Origin: Schmidtea polychroa
Taxonomy: Eukaryota
Direction of reading: 5' to 3'
DNA: 64,000 nucleotides
Assembly (NCBI GenBank): GCA_044892525.1
Contig: CM097885.1
Coordinates: forward strand, 48,424,001-48,488,000
Shown: positions 14,419 through 29,948 of the stretch, piece by piece
Position numbering within the stretch: position 1 is the stretch's first letter
Layout of the letters: every line of letters begins with the position of its first letter
Position numbers and translations under genes: made by a program
The notes under the pieces: generated by a model
Databases searched by the model: none
What the model was told of the DNA's origin: nothing
What the model saw: only the letters and a program-made list of their open reading frames with translations

Positions 14419-16813
14419 TGCTGATAATGATAATAATATGACTAAAATATACAAAATAAATAAAGTTCTTACTATTTCTGAGTTAAACTTGTAAAAATAG
14501 TTCAAACCATAAATTAATCTAAACAAATATTTTGATGGAGATAAAATACGGAAATTTAACTAATGAAATGAAGATAGGAAAACAAAATTTAATCTTATAT
14601 AACTCCAACAAATTGCGACCGTGGTATTCTGACCGAAATGACCCAGTACACTTGTTATATTTTTCAAGATTCTTTCGATATTTTTATTTGAAGTGACCCT
14701 GCAACATGTAATTGTAAGATATGAGCAAAACATTGTATATGAATGCAAATTCCTGATATTACTAGAAAATTTTGAGAAATCATAAAGAATCAAGACGAAT
14801 CGAGGTAAATCGGAACATCAAAATGCGATTATAATCATAAAGTACAAGAAGCCAAAACCGTTCAACAATGAATCTCATCTTTGTGATTGGGGGTTATACG
14901 TTTATTCACAGTTTGTTATGAAAATATTGAATATGAAAAATGCGTTGGGAGTGTTATTATTATTTATTGAATATTAAAGACCACAAAGAGTCAGAAATAC
15001 CGATTGTAGTTTATTTGTTTAATTAAAAACACAAAAATTATTATTATACACGAGTGGTTATCAAATTTATTGCATAATTCTAGTATTTGGGTTCAAATAT
15101 CAGGATATATGACTTTTTCTTTTATGGCAATAATAAAATAACTATATGTATAGTAAAATGATAAATGTTTTTAGGGAATGGTGGTTCAGTGGGCAAATAC
15201 TCTTCTTGATTTTTGATGATGTCGGAAAGTTTTTGGTTCAAATTCCAGGAAGGATGACTTTTTTATTTTTTTTCAAAAATTTATTTTTAACATTTATTAT
15301 TAGTAGAATATGAATCAGCATACTTTGTTTGCTATAAATTTAAAATTTCATAAAAATTGGTCAAGGATTTCTTATTTTAGGATAAAAAATAATATTTTGA
15401 TATGAGACTCCAGTGGTTCTCACACTTTGTGGCGTTATCGAAGTCCCTGGATCTAAATCCAAAGAGGCGTGATTTTTTCTTATATGATTATAATAAAATT
15501 AATATATGTATATTAAAATGATGTTTTAATGAGAATATTCAAAATATAATGCATTTTGGGTAAGAATAGAACATATATGTCGAAAATGTGTTTGAATGCC
15601 GATTTTGAAGACCATTGATAATAATTGTATATAGATGTCCACATATTAAAAATCATTGTTGGCTCTCAACTCTACCACTTTCCTATGTTGTCAAATAAGC
15701 AGAACGAGCTGGAGTGCATTTCAGAAACTTTCGATGTCTGTAATAGGCATCATGACATCAGAACCACGTCAACAAATTGAGAAAAAGATCAAGATCATGA
15801 GATTAGGAAGACACGTCAAAAAGAGATTTAGTTTGAAGTACGACTGTAGCGAAAAGGAGCGTTTTCCAGTTACTCTGGCCAACTCTTCTTCCAGCTACGC
15901 CCAATCGTCCTCGAGTAAGTGCTTGCTAAAATAAGCATTCTAGTAATTAGATTTGTGATTTTAATTTAGTTGAAATTAAATTATAAATAATTATATGTTG
16001 TGTATAAATACTTAACAAGAATCGTGTTTAAATACAAAATTACAAATTTACAATAATATTTTGAAGTAGAAATTATATAAGACATGCAAATGAATTTTAT
16101 TTCAAAAATCAAGGCATAATAAGAATTAGAGGATGAAATTTAAAGTCTGTCGAAGCCAAATTTGCGAAAGCATTCAATGCGAAGAATCGTAGAGATCAAG
16201 TACAAAAAAAGTCACATAAAATCTAACTGCCGAAGTGCAAGTATTAGTGAGATTTAAGCTTGACAAATAGAAGAAATTTAGAATACAGTATGAAAAACAT
16301 TATGAAATTCTATGATATGTATCAGTTCGGTAATTTCAAAATTCAGTGAAGTCCAGAGATTAAATTAAGAAAGCGATGGAAGATAAATGAAGATGCAAAG
16401 AAAGAAGAAAATTAAAATGATGTTTGTTATAATAATAATTACGTTGTTTTAATATTATTTGTAAATATATATATTTTGTAAATGGAGGAAATTCTATTAA
16501 AGTTAAGATTTTGTCTCAATTGATTAAACTTAAATTTTTCATTCTATTTATTTTATTGAATTGTAAAATTCACAAATAATTTTAAAAAATTTATCAACAT
16601 TAATTTATTAAGTCAAAATTAATAGAAAAAACTTTAAATATAGAAAAATTAAAATTTATTAGTTCTGCAATTTGGAGTGCTCAAACAATAATTGTCCACT
16701 TTGAGTGGTCCTATCTTGACATCAATGGACATTTATGTTGAATGTGATCTAATGAGGAACATTGTAAATTTTTCATTTTTATCTTTAATATATACATTTT
16801 GATTATATGATTC

Positions 16814-17524
16814 TTAATCTGAAACTGGATCATTTTTCTCGACCTTAAAATTATAGGCTACATAAGATTTATTCCATGGATTATCAGGTGATTTCTCAAA
16901 CTCTTTTAATAAAAGTTTTTTCAATTGACTAAATCGAAGTCCAGGATTTTCTTTCTTTATTTCTGGCATGCGCTTCTCTTCAAATGCCAAATAAGCTACC
17001 TTAACTTTCTTTTCCACATGTCTGACTGGTTTATCTTTATCATTTAAAATGTTAAGTTTTTCGTCAACATTTCTTGCTTCGTCGTCATCAAAATCTAATT
17101 TATTGACATTTTCTGGAATCAGATCTTCAACCACCTCAACTACCTTTATCTTAATTCTTGCAGCTTCCTTTTGTTTCTTCTTCAATTCTTCTAATTGATA
17201 ATGTGTAACTTTTTCTACAGGCGCTTTTTGATTATTAATTTCATTCATTTCTTTCAAGTGCAAATTTTGAATTTCTTTCTTATTTTCTAAATGTTGTATC
17301 TTTTTTGCTTCTTTATTTTCCTAATAAAATAATATTAAGAATTTAGTGTTGGAATAAAAATCTATTACTTTTCGTTGATTTTTCCTATTTGTATACTTAT
17401 CATCATCTTTCCAATATTTATCTTCAATTGCTTTTTGTTTTAATTCAATTTCACAGTTTTTCTTTTCCTGCTTTCTTGCTTTTGCTTCAACAGCTTTAGT
17501 ATTTGCAGACATTTTCTTAGCCAT
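16814..17524 (-). CDS. CCDC124: CCDC124 homolog, copy 6 (N220D variant)
   Basis: Same structure; ends PVSD. Confidence 0.93.
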
Positions 17525-19919
17525 TTCTGATAATGATAATAATATGACTAAAATGTACAAAATAAATAAAGTTCTTACTATTTCTGAGTTAAACTTGTAA
17601 AAATAGTTCAAACCATAAATTAATCTAAACAAATATTTTGATGGAGATAAAATACGGAAATTTAACTAATGAAATGAAGATAGGAAAACAAAATTTAATC
17701 TTATATAACTCCAACAAATTGCGACCGTGGTATTCTGACCGAAATGACCCAGTACACTTGTTATATTTTTCAAGATTCTTTCGATATTTTTATTTGAAGT
17801 GACCCTGCAACATGTAATTGTAAGATATGAGCAAAACATTGTATATGAATGCAAATTCCTGATATTACTAGAAAATTTTGAGAAATCATAAAGAATCAAG
17901 ACGAATCGAGGTAAATCGGAACATCAAAATGCGATTATAATCATAAAGTACAAGAAGCCAAAACCGTTCAACAATGAATCTCATCTTTGTGATTGGGGGT
18001 TATACGTTTATTCACAGTTTGTTATGAAAATATTGAATATGAAAAATGCGTTGGGAGTGTTATTATTATTTATTGAATATTAAAGACCACAAAGAGTCAG
18101 AAATACCGATTGTAGTTTATTTGTTTAATTAAAAACACAAAAATTATTATTATACACGAGTGGTTATCAAATTTATTGCATAATTCTAGTATTTGGGTTC
18201 AAATATCAGGATATATGACTTTTTCTTTTATGGCAATAATAAAATAACTATATGTATAGTAAAATGATAAATGTTTTTAGGGAATGGTGGTTCAGTGGGC
18301 AAATACTCTTCTTGATTTTTGATGATGTCGGAAAGTTTTTGGTTCAAATTCCAGGAAGGATGACTTTTTTATTTTTTTTCAAAAATTTATTTTTAACATT
18401 TATTATTAGTAGAATATGAATCAGCATACTTTGTTTGCTATAAATTTAAAATTTCATAAAAATTGGTCAAGGATTTCTTATTTTAGGATAAAAAATAATA
18501 TTTTGATATGAGACTCCAGTGGTTCTCACACTTTGTGGCGTTATCGAAGTCCCTGGATCTAAATCCAAAGAGGCGTGATTTTTTCTTATATGATTATAAT
18601 AAAATTAATATATGTATATTAAAATGATGTTTTAATGAGAATATTCAAAATATAATGCATTTTGGGTAAGAATAGAACATATATGTCGAAAATGTGTTTG
18701 AATGCCGATTTTGAAGACCATTGATAATAATTGTATATAGATGTCCACATATTAAAAATCATTGTTGGCTCTCAACTCTACCACTTTCCTATGTTGTCAA
18801 ATAAGCAGAACGAGCTGGAGTGCATTTCAGAAACTTTCGATGTCTGTAATAGGCATCATGACATCAGAACCACGTCAACAAATTGAGAAAAAGATCAAGA
18901 TCATGAGATTAGGAAGACACGTCAAAAAGAGATTTAGTTTGAAGTACGACTGTAGCGAAAAGGAGCGTTTTCCAGTTACTCTGGCCAACTCTTCTTCCAG
19001 CTACGCCCAATCGTCCTCGAGTAAGTGCTTGCTAAAATAAGCATTCTAGTAATTAGATTTGTGATTTTAATTTAGTTGAAATTAAATTATAAATAATTAT
19101 ATGTTGTGTATAAATACTTAACAAGAATCGTGTTTAAATACAAAATTACAAATTTACAATAATATTTTGAAGTAGAAATTATATAAGACATGCAAATGAA
19201 TTTTATTTCAAAAATCAAGGCATAATAAGAATTAGAGGATGAAATTTAAAGTCTGTCGAAGCCAAATTTGCGAAAGCATTCAATGCGAAGAATCGTAGAG
19301 ATCAAGTACAAAAAAAGTCACATAAAATCTAACTGCCGAAGTGCAAGTATTAGTGAGATTTAAGCTTGACAAATAGAAGAAATTTAGAATACAGTATGAA
19401 AAACATTATGAAATTCTATGATATGTATCAGTTCGGTAATTTCAAAATTCAGTGAAGTCCAGAGATTAAATTAAGAAAGCGATGGAAGATAAATGAAGAT
19501 GCAAAGAAAGAAGAAAATTAAAATGATGTTTGTTATAATAATAATTACGTTGTTTTAATATTATTTGTAAATATATATATTTTGTAAATGGAGGAAATTC
19601 TATTAAAGTTAAGATTTTGTCTCAATTGATTAAACTTATATTTTTCATTCTATTTATTTTATTGAATTGTAAAATTCACAAATAATTTTAAAAAATTTAT
19701 CAACATTAATTTATTAAGTCAAAATTAATAGAAAAAACTTTAAATATAGAAAAATTAAAATTTATTAGTTCTGCAATTTGGAGTGCTCAAACAATAATTG
19801 TCCACTTTGAGTGGTCCTATCTTGACATCAATGGACATTTATGTTGAATGTGATCTAATGAGGAACATTGTAAATTTTTCATTTTTATCTTTAATATATA
19901 CATTTTGATTATATGATTC

Positions 19920-20630
19920 TTAATCTGAAACTGGATCATTTTTCTCGACCTTAAAATTATAGGCTACATAAGATTTATTCCATGGATTATCAGGTGATTT
20001 CTCAAACTCTTTTAATAAAAGTTTTTTCAATTGACTAAATCGAAGTCCAGGATTTTCTTTCTTTATTTCTGGCATGCGCTTCTCTTCAAATGCCAAATAA
20101 GCTACCTTAACTTTCTTTTCCACATGTCTGACTGGTTTATCTTTATCATTTAAAATGTTAAGTTTTTCGTCAACATTTCTTGCTTCGTCGTCATCAAAAT
20201 CTAATTTATTGACATTTTCTGGAATCAGATCTTCAACCACCTCAACTACCTTTATCTTAATTCTTGCAGCTTCCTTTTGTTTCTTCTTCAATTCTTCTAA
20301 TTGATAATGTGTAACTTTTTCTACAGGCGCTTTTTGATTATTAATTTCATTCATTTCTTTCAAGTGCAAATTTTGAATTTCTTTCTTATTTTCTAAATGT
20401 TGTATCTTTTTTGCTTCTTTATTTTCCTAATAAAATAATATTAAGAATTTAGTGTTGGAATAAAAATCTATTACTTTTCGTTGATTTTTCCTATTTGTAT
20501 ACTTATCATCATCTTTCCAATATTTATCTTCAATTGCTTTTTGTTTTAATTCAATTTCACAGTTTTTCTTTTCCTGCTTTCTTGCTTTTGCTTCAACAGC
20601 TTTAGTATTTGCAGACATTTTCTTAGCCAT
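19920..20630 (-). CDS. CCDC124: CCDC124 homolog, copy 7 (N220D)
   Basis: Same protein as copy 6. Confidence 0.93.
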
Positions 20631-23025
20631 TTCTGATAATGATAATAATATGACTAAAATGTACAAAATAAATAAAGTTCTTACTATTTCTGAGTTAAAC
20701 TTGTAAAAATAGTTCAAACCATAAATTAATCTAAACAAATATTTTGATGGAGATAAAATACGGAAATTTAACTAATGAAATGAAGATAGGAAAACAAAAT
20801 TTAATCTTATATAACTCCAACAAATTGCGACCGTGGTATTCTGACCGAAATGACCCAGTACACTTGTTATATTTTTCAAGATTCTTTCGATATTTTTATT
20901 TGAAGTGACCCTGCAACATGTAATTGTAAGATATGAGCAAAACATTGTATATGAATGCAAATTCCTGATATTACTAGAAAATTTTGAGAAATCATAAAGA
21001 ATCAAGACGAATCGAGGTAAATCGGAACATCAAAATGCGATTATAATCATAAAGTACAAGAAGCCAAAACCGTTCAACAATGAATCTCATCTTTGTGATT
21101 GGGGGTTATACGTTTATTCACAGTTTGTTATGAAAATATTGAATATGAAAAATGCGTTGGGAGTGTTATTATTATTTATTGAATATTAAAGACCACAAAG
21201 AGTCAGAAATACCGATTGTAGTTTATTTGTTTAATTAAAAACACAAAAATTATTATTATACACGAGTGGTTATCAAATTTATTGCATAATTCTAGTATTT
21301 GGGTTCAAATATCAGGATATATGACTTTTTCTTTTATGGCAATAATAAAATAACTATATGTATAGTAAAATGATAAATGTTTTTAGGGAATGGTGGTTCA
21401 GTGGGCAAATACTCTTCTTGATTTTTGATGATGTCGGAAAGTTTTTGGTTCAAATTCCAGGAAGGATGACTTTTTTATTTTTTTTCAAAAATTTATTTTT
21501 AACATTTATTATTAGTAGAATATGAATCAGCATACTTTGTTTGCTATAAATTTAAAATTTCATAAAAATTGGTCAAGGATTTCTTATTTTAGGATAAAAA
21601 ATAATATTTTGATATGAGACTCCAGTGGTTCTCACACTTTGTGGCGTTATCGAAGTCCCTGGATCTAAATCCAAAGAGGCGTGATTTTTTCTTATATGAT
21701 TATAATAAAATTAATATATGTATATTAAAATGATGTTTTAATGAGAATATTCAAAATATAATGCATTTTGGGTAAGAATAGAACATATATGTCGAAAATG
21801 TGTTTGAATGCCGATTTTGAAGACCATTGATAATAATTGTATATAGATGTCCACATATTAAAAATCATTGTTGGCTCTCAACTCTACCACTTTCCTATGT
21901 TGTCAAATAAGCAGAACGAGCTGGAGTGCATTTCAGAAACTTTCGATGTCTGTAATAGGCATCATGACATCAGAACCACGTCAACAAATTGAGAAAAAGA
22001 TCAAGATCATGAGATTAGGAAGACACGTCAAAAAGAGATTTAGTTTGAAGTACGACTGTAGCGAAAAGGAGCGTTTTCCAGTTACTCTGGCCAACTCTTC
22101 TTCCAGCTACGCCCAATCGTCCTCGAGTAAGTGCTTGCTAAAATAAGCATTCTAGTAATTAGATTTGTGATTTTAATTTAGTTGAAATTAAATTATAAAT
22201 AATTATATGTTGTGTATAAATACTTAACAAGAATCGTGTTTAAATACAAAATTACAAATTTACAATAATATTTTGAAGTAGAAATTATATAAGACATGCA
22301 AATGAATTTTATTTCAAAAATCAAGGCATAATAAGAATTAGAGGATGAAATTTAAAGTCTGTCGAAGCCAAATTTGCGAAAGCATTCAATGCGAAGAATC
22401 GTAGAGATCAAGTACAAAAAAAGTCACATAAAATCTAACTGCCGAAGTGCAAGTATTAGTGAGATTTAAGCTTGACAAATAGAAGAAATTTAGAATACAG
22501 TATGAAAAACATTATGAAATTCTATGATATGTATCAGTTCGGTAATTTCAAAATTCAGTGAAGTCCAGAGATTAAATTAAGAAAGCGATGGAAGATAAAT
22601 GAAGATGCAAAGAAAGAAGAAAATTAAAATGATGTTTGTTATAATAATAATTACGTTGTTTTAATATTATTTGTAAATATATATATTTTGTAAATGGAGG
22701 AAATTCTATTAAAGTTAAGATTTTGTCTCAATTGATTAAACTTATATTTTTCATTCTATTTATTTTATTGAATTGTAAAATTCACAAATAATTTTAAAAA
22801 ATTTATCAACATTAATTTATTAAGTCAAAATTAATAGAAAAAACTTTAAATATAGAAAAATTAAAATTTATTAGTTCTGCAATTTGGAGTGCTCAAACAA
22901 TAATTGTCCACTTTGAGTGGTCCTATCTTGACATCAATGGACATTTATGTTGAATGTGATCTAATGAGGAACATTGTAAATTTTTCATTTTTATCTTTAA
23001 TATATACATTTTGATTATATGATTC

Positions 23026-23736
23026 TTAATCTGAAACTGGATCATTTTTCTCGACCTTAAAATTATAGGCTACATAAGATTTATTCCATGGATTATCAGG
23101 TGATTTCTCAAACTCTTTTAATAAAAGTTTTTTCAATTGACTAAATCGAAGTCCAGGATTTTCTTTCTTTATTTCTGGCATGCGCTTCTCTTCAAATGCC
23201 AAATAAGCTACCTTAACTTTCTTTTCCACATGTCTGACTGGTTTATCTTTATCATTTAAAATGTTAAGTTTTTCGTCAACATTTCTTGCTTCGTCGTCAT
23301 CAAAATCTAATTTATTGACATTTTCTGGAATCAGATCTTCAACCACCTCAACTACCTTTATCTTAATTCTTGCAGCTTCCTTTTGTTTCTTCTTCAATTC
23401 TTCTAATTGATAATGTGTAACTTTTTCTACAGGCGCTTTTTGATTATTAATTTCATTCATTTCTTTCAAGTGCAAATTTTGAATTTCTTTCTTATTTTCT
23501 AAATGTTGTATCTTTTTTGCTTCTTTATTTTCCTAATAAAATAATATTAAGAATTTAGTGTTGGAATAAAAATCTATTACTTTTCGTTGATTTTTCCTAT
23601 TTGTATACTTATCATCATCTTTCCAATATTTATCTTCAATTGCTTTTTGTTTTAATTCAATTTCACAGTTTTTCTTTTCCTGCTTTCTTGCTTTTGCTTC
23701 AACAGCTTTAGTATTTGCAGACATTTTCTTAGCCAT
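23026..23736 (-). CDS. CCDC124: CCDC124 homolog, copy 8 (N220D)
   Basis: Same protein as copy 6. Confidence 0.93.
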
Positions 23737-26131
23737 TTCTGATAATGATAATAATATGACTAAAATGTACAAAATAAATAAAGTTCTTACTATTTCTGAG
23801 TTAAACTTGTAAAAATAGTTCAAACCATAAATTAATCTAAACAAATATTTTGATGGAGATAAAATACGGAAATTTAACTAATGAAATGAAGATAGGAAAA
23901 CAAAATTTAATCTTATATAACTCCAACAAATTGCGACCGTGGTATTCTGACCGAAATGACCCAGTACACTTGTTATATTTTTCAAGATTCTTTCGATATT
24001 TTTATTTGAAGTGACCCTGCAACATGTAATTGTAAGATATGAGCAAAACATTGTATATGAATGCAAATTCCTGATATTACTAGAAAATTTTGAGAAATCA
24101 TAAAGAATCAAGACGAATCGAGGTAAATCGGAACATCAAAATGCGATTATAATCATAAAGTACAAGAAGCCAAAACCGTTCAACAATGAATCTCATCTTT
24201 GTGATTGGGGGTTATACGTTTATTCACAGTTTGTTATGAAAATATTGAATATGAAAAATGCGTTGGGAGTGTTATTATTATTTATTGAATATTAAAGACC
24301 ACAAAGAGTCAGAAATACCGATTGTAGTTTATTTGTTTAATTAAAAACACAAAAATTATTATTATACACGAGTGGTTATCAAATTTATTGCATAATTCTA
24401 GTATTTGGGTTCAAATATCAGGATATATGACTTTTTCTTTTATGGCAATAATAAAATAACTATATGTATAGTAAAATGATAAATGTTTTTAGGGAATGGT
24501 GGTTCAGTGGGCAAATACTCTTCTTGATTTTTGATGATGTCGGAAAGTTTTTGGTTCAAATTCCAGGAAGGATGACTTTTTTATTTTTTTTCAAAAATTT
24601 ATTTTTAACATTTATTATTAGTAGAATATGAATCAGCATACTTTGTTTGCTATAAATTTAAAATTTCATAAAAATTGGTCAAGGATTTCTTATTTTAGGA
24701 TAAAAAATAATATTTTGATATGAGACTCCAGTGGTTCTCACACTTTGTGGCGTTATCGAAGTCCCTGGATCTAAATCCAAAGAGGCGTGATTTTTTCTTA
24801 TATGATTATAATAAAATTAATATATGTATATTAAAATGATGTTTTAATGAGAATATTCAAAATATAATGCATTTTGGGTAAGAATAGAACATATATGTCG
24901 AAAATGTGTTTGAATGCCGATTTTGAAGACCATTGATAATAATTGTATATAGATGTCCACATATTAAAAATCATTGTTGGCTCTCAACTCTACCACTTTC
25001 CTATGTTGTCAAATAAGCAGAACGAGCTGGAGTGCATTTCAGAAACTTTCGATGTCTGTAATAGGCATCATGACATCAGAACCACGTCAACAAATTGAGA
25101 AAAAGATCAAGATCATGAGATTAGGAAGACACGTCAAAAAGAGATTTAGTTTGAAGTACGACTGTAGCGAAAAGGAGCGTTTTCCAGTTACTCTGGCCAA
25201 CTCTTCTTCCAGCTACGCCCAATCGTCCTCGAGTAAGTGCTTGCTAAAATAAGCATTCTAGTAATTAGATTTGTGATTTTAATTTAGTTGAAATTAAATT
25301 ATAAATAATTATATGTTGTGTATAAATACTTAACAAGAATCGTGTTTAAATACAAAATTACAAATTTACAATAATATTTTGAAGTAGAAATTATATAAGA
25401 CATGCAAATGAATTTTATTTCAAAAATCAAGGCATAATAAGAATTAGAGGATGAAATTTAAAGTCTGTCGAAGCCAAATTTGCGAAAGCATTCAATGCGA
25501 AGAATCGTAGAGATCAAGTACAAAAAAAGTCACATAAAATCTAACTGCCGAAGTGCAAGTATTAGTGAGATTTAAGCTTGACAAATAGAAGAAATTTAGA
25601 ATACAGTATGAAAAACATTATGAAATTCTATGATATGTATCAGTTCGGTAATTTCAAAATTCAGTGAAGTCCAGAGATTAAATTAAGAAAGCGATGGAAG
25701 ATAAATGAAGATGCAAAGAAAGAAGAAAATTAAAATGATGTTTGTTATAATAATAATTACGTTGTTTTAATATTATTTGTAAATATATATATTTTGTAAA
25801 TGGAGGAAATTCTATTAAAGTTAAGATTTTGTCTCAATTGATTAAACTTATATTTTTCATTCTATTTATTTTATTGAATTGTAAAATTCACAAATAATTT
25901 TAAAAAATTTATCAACATTAATTTATTAAGTCAAAATTAATAGAAAAAACTTTAAATATAGAAAAATTAAAATTTATTAGTTCTGCAATTTGGAGTGCTC
26001 AAACAATAATTGTCCACTTTGAGTGGTCCTATCTTGACATCAATGGACATTTATGTTGAATGTGATCTAATGAGGAACATTGTAAATTTTTCATTTTTAT
26101 CTTTAATATATACATTTTGATTATATGATTC

Positions 26132-26842
26132 TTAATCTGAAACTGGATCATTTTTCTCGACCTTAAAATTATAGGCTACATAAGATTTATTCCATGGATT
26201 ATCAGGTGATTTCTCAAACTCTTTTAATAAAAGTTTTTTCAATTGACTAAATCGAAGTCCAGGATTTTCTTTCTTTATTTCTGGCATGCGCTTCTCTTCA
26301 AATGCCAAATAAGCTACCTTAACTTTCTTTTCCACATGTCTGACTGGTTTATCTTTATCATTTAAAATGTTAAGTTTTTCGTCAACATTTCTTGCTTCGT
26401 CGTCATCAAAATCTAATTTATTGACATTTTCTGGAATCAGATCTTCAACCACCTCAACTACCTTTATCTTAATTCTTGCAGCTTCCTTTTGTTTCTTCTT
26501 CAATTCTTCTAATTGATAATGTGTAACTTTTTCTACAGGCGCTTTTTGATTATTAATTTCATTCATTTCTTTCAAGTGCAAATTTTGAATTTCTTTCTTA
26601 TTTTCTAAATGTTGTATCTTTTTTGCTTCTTTATTTTCCTAATAAAATAATATTAAGAATTTAGTGTTGGAATAAAAATCTATTACTTTTCGTTGATTTT
26701 TCCTATTTGTATACTTATCATCATCTTTCCAATATTTATCTTCAATTGCTTTTTGTTTTAATTCAATTTCACAGTTTTTCTTTTCCTGCTTTCTTGCTTT
26801 TGCTTCCACAGCATTAGTATTTGCAGACATTTTCTTAGCCAT
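26132..26842 (-). CDS. CCDC124: CCDC124 homolog, copy 9 (K10N, N220D)
   Basis: Reads SANTNAVEAK; ends PVSD. Confidence 0.93.
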
Positions 26843-29237
26843 TTCTGATAATGATAATAATATGACTAAAATGTACAAAATAAATAAAGTTCTTACTATT
26901 TCTGAGTTAAACTTGTAAAAATAGTTCAAACCATAAATTAATCTAAACAAATATTTTGATGGAGATAAAATACGGAAATTTAACTAATGAAATGAAGATA
27001 GGAAAACAAAATTTAATCTTATATAACTCCAACAAATTGCGACCGTGGTATTCTGACCGAAATGACCCAGTACACTTGTTATATTTTTCAAGATTCTTTC
27101 GATATTTTTATTTGAAGTGACCCTGCAACATGTAATTGTAAGATATGAGCAAAACATTGTATATGAATGCAAATTCCTGATATTACTAGAAAATTTTGAG
27201 AAATCATAAAGAATCAAGACGAATCGAGGTAAATCGGAACATCAAAATGCGATTATAATCATAAAGTACAAGAAGCCAAAACCGTTCAACAATGAATCTC
27301 ATCTTTGTGATTGGGGGTTATACGTTTATTCACAGTTTGTTATGAAAATATTGAATATGAAAAATGCGTTGGGAGTGTTATTATTATTTATTGAATATTA
27401 AAGACCACAAAGAGTCAGAAATACCGATTGTAGTTTATTTGTTTAATTAAAAACACAAAAATTATTATTATACACGAGTGGTTATCAAATTTATTGCATA
27501 ATTCTAGTATTTGGGTTCAAATATCAGGATATATGACTTTTTCTTTTATGGCAATAATAAAATAACTATATGTATAGTAAAATGATAAATGTTTTTAGGG
27601 AATGGTGGTTCAGTGGGCAAATACTCTTCTTGATTTTTGATGATGTCGGAAAGTTTTTGGTTCAAATTCCAGGAAGGATGACTTTTTTATTTTTTTTCAA
27701 AAATTTATTTTTAACATTTATTATTAGTAGAATATGAATCAGCATACTTTGTTTGCTAAAAATTTAAAATTTCATAAAAATTGGTCAAGGATTTCTTATT
27801 TTAGGATAAAAAATAATATTTTGATATGAGACTCCAGTGGTTCTCACACTTTGTGGCGTTATCGAAGTCCCTGGATCTAAATCCAAAGAGGCGTGATTTT
27901 TTCTTATATGATTATAATAAAATTAATATATGTATATTAAAATGATGTTTTAATGAGAATATTCAAAATATAATGCATTTTGGGTAAGAATAGAACATAT
28001 ATGTCGAAAATGTGTTTGAATGCCGATTTTGAAGACCATTGATAATAATTGTATATAGATGTCCACATATTAAAAATCATTGTTGGCTCTCAACTCTACC
28101 ACTTTCCTATGTTGTCAAATAAGCAGAACGAGCTGGAGTGCATTTCAGAAACTTTCGATGTCTGTAATAGGCATCATGACATCAGAACCACGTCAACAAA
28201 TTGAGAAAAAGATCAAGATCATGAGATTAGGAAGACACGTCAAAAAGAGATTTAGTTTGAAGTACGACTGTAGCGAAAAGGAGCGTTTTCCAGTTACTCT
28301 GGCCAACTCTTCTTCCAGCTACGCCCAATCGTCCTCGAGTAAGTGCTTGCTAAAATAAGCATTCTAGTAATTAGATTTGTGATTTTAATTTAGTTGAAAT
28401 TAAATTATAAATAATTATATGTTGTGTATAAATACTTAACAAGAATCGTGTTTAAATACAAAATTACAAATTTACAATAATATTTTGAAGTAGAAATTAT
28501 ATAAGACATGCAAATGAATTTTATTTCAAAAATCAAGGCATAATAAGAATTAGAGGATGAAATTTAAAGTCTGTCGAAGCCAAATTTGCGAAAGCATTCA
28601 ATGCGAAGAATCGTAGAGATCAAGTACAAAAAAAGTCACATAAAATCTAACTGCCGAAGTGCAAGTATTAGTGAGATTTAAGCTTGACAAATAGAAGAAA
28701 TTTAGAATACAGTATGAAAAACATTATGAAATTCTATGATATGTATCAGTTCGGTAATTTCAAAATTCAGTGAAGTCCAGAGATTAAATTAAGAAAGCGA
28801 TGGAAGATAAATGAAGATGCAAAGAAAGAAGAAAATTAAAATGATGTTTGTTATAATAATAATTACGTTGTTTTAATATTATTTGTAAATATATATATTT
28901 TGTAAATGGAGGAAATTCTATTAAAGTTAAGATTTTGTCTCAATTGATTAAACTTATATTTTTCATTCTATTTATTTTATTGAATTGTAAAATTCACAAA
29001 TAATTTTAAAAAATTTATCAACATTAATTTATTAAGTCAAAATTAATAGAAAAAACTTTAAATATAGAAAAATTAAAATTTATTAGTTCTGCAATTTGGA
29101 GTGCTCAAACAATAATTGTCCACTTTGAGTGGTCCTATCTTGACATCAATGGACATTTATGTTGAATGTGATCTAATGAGGAACATTGTAAATTTTTCAT
29201 TTTTATCTTTAATATATACATTTTGATTATATGATTC

Positions 29238-29948
29238 TTAATCTGAAACTGGATCATTTTTCTCGACCTTAAAATTATAGGCTACATAAGATTTATTCCA
29301 TGGATTATCAGGTGATTTCTCAAACTCTTTTAATAAAAGTTTTTTCAATTGACTAAATCGAAGTCCAGGATTTTCTTTCTTTATTTCTGGCATGCGCTTC
29401 TCTTCAAATGCCAAATAAGCTACCTTAACTTTCTTTTCCACATGTCTGACTGGTTTATCTTTATCATTTAAAATGTTAAGTTTTTCGTCAACATTTCTTG
29501 CTTCGTCGTCATCAAAATCTAATTTATTGACATTTTCTGGAATCAGATCTTCAACCACCTCAACTACCTTTATCTTAATTCTTGCAGCTTCCTTTTGTTT
29601 CTTCTTCAATTCTTCTAATTGATAATGTGTAACTTTTTCTACAGGCGCTTTTTGATTATTAATTTCATTCATTTCTTTCAAGTGCAAATTTTGAATTTCT
29701 TTCTTATTTTCTAAATGTTGTATCTTTTTTGCTTCTTTATTTTCCTAATAAAATAATATTAAGAATTTAGTGTTGGAATAAAAATCTATTACTTTTCGTT
29801 GATTTTTCCTATTTGTATACTTATCATCATCTTTCCAATATTTATCTTCAATTGCTTTTTGTTTTAATTCAATTTCACAGTTTTTCTTTTCCTGCTTTCT
29901 TGCTTTTGCTTCCACAGCATTAGTATTTGCAGACATTTTCTTAGCCAT
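29238..29948 (-). CDS. CCDC124: CCDC124 homolog, copy 10 (K10N, N220D)
   Basis: Same protein as copy 9. Confidence 0.93.
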
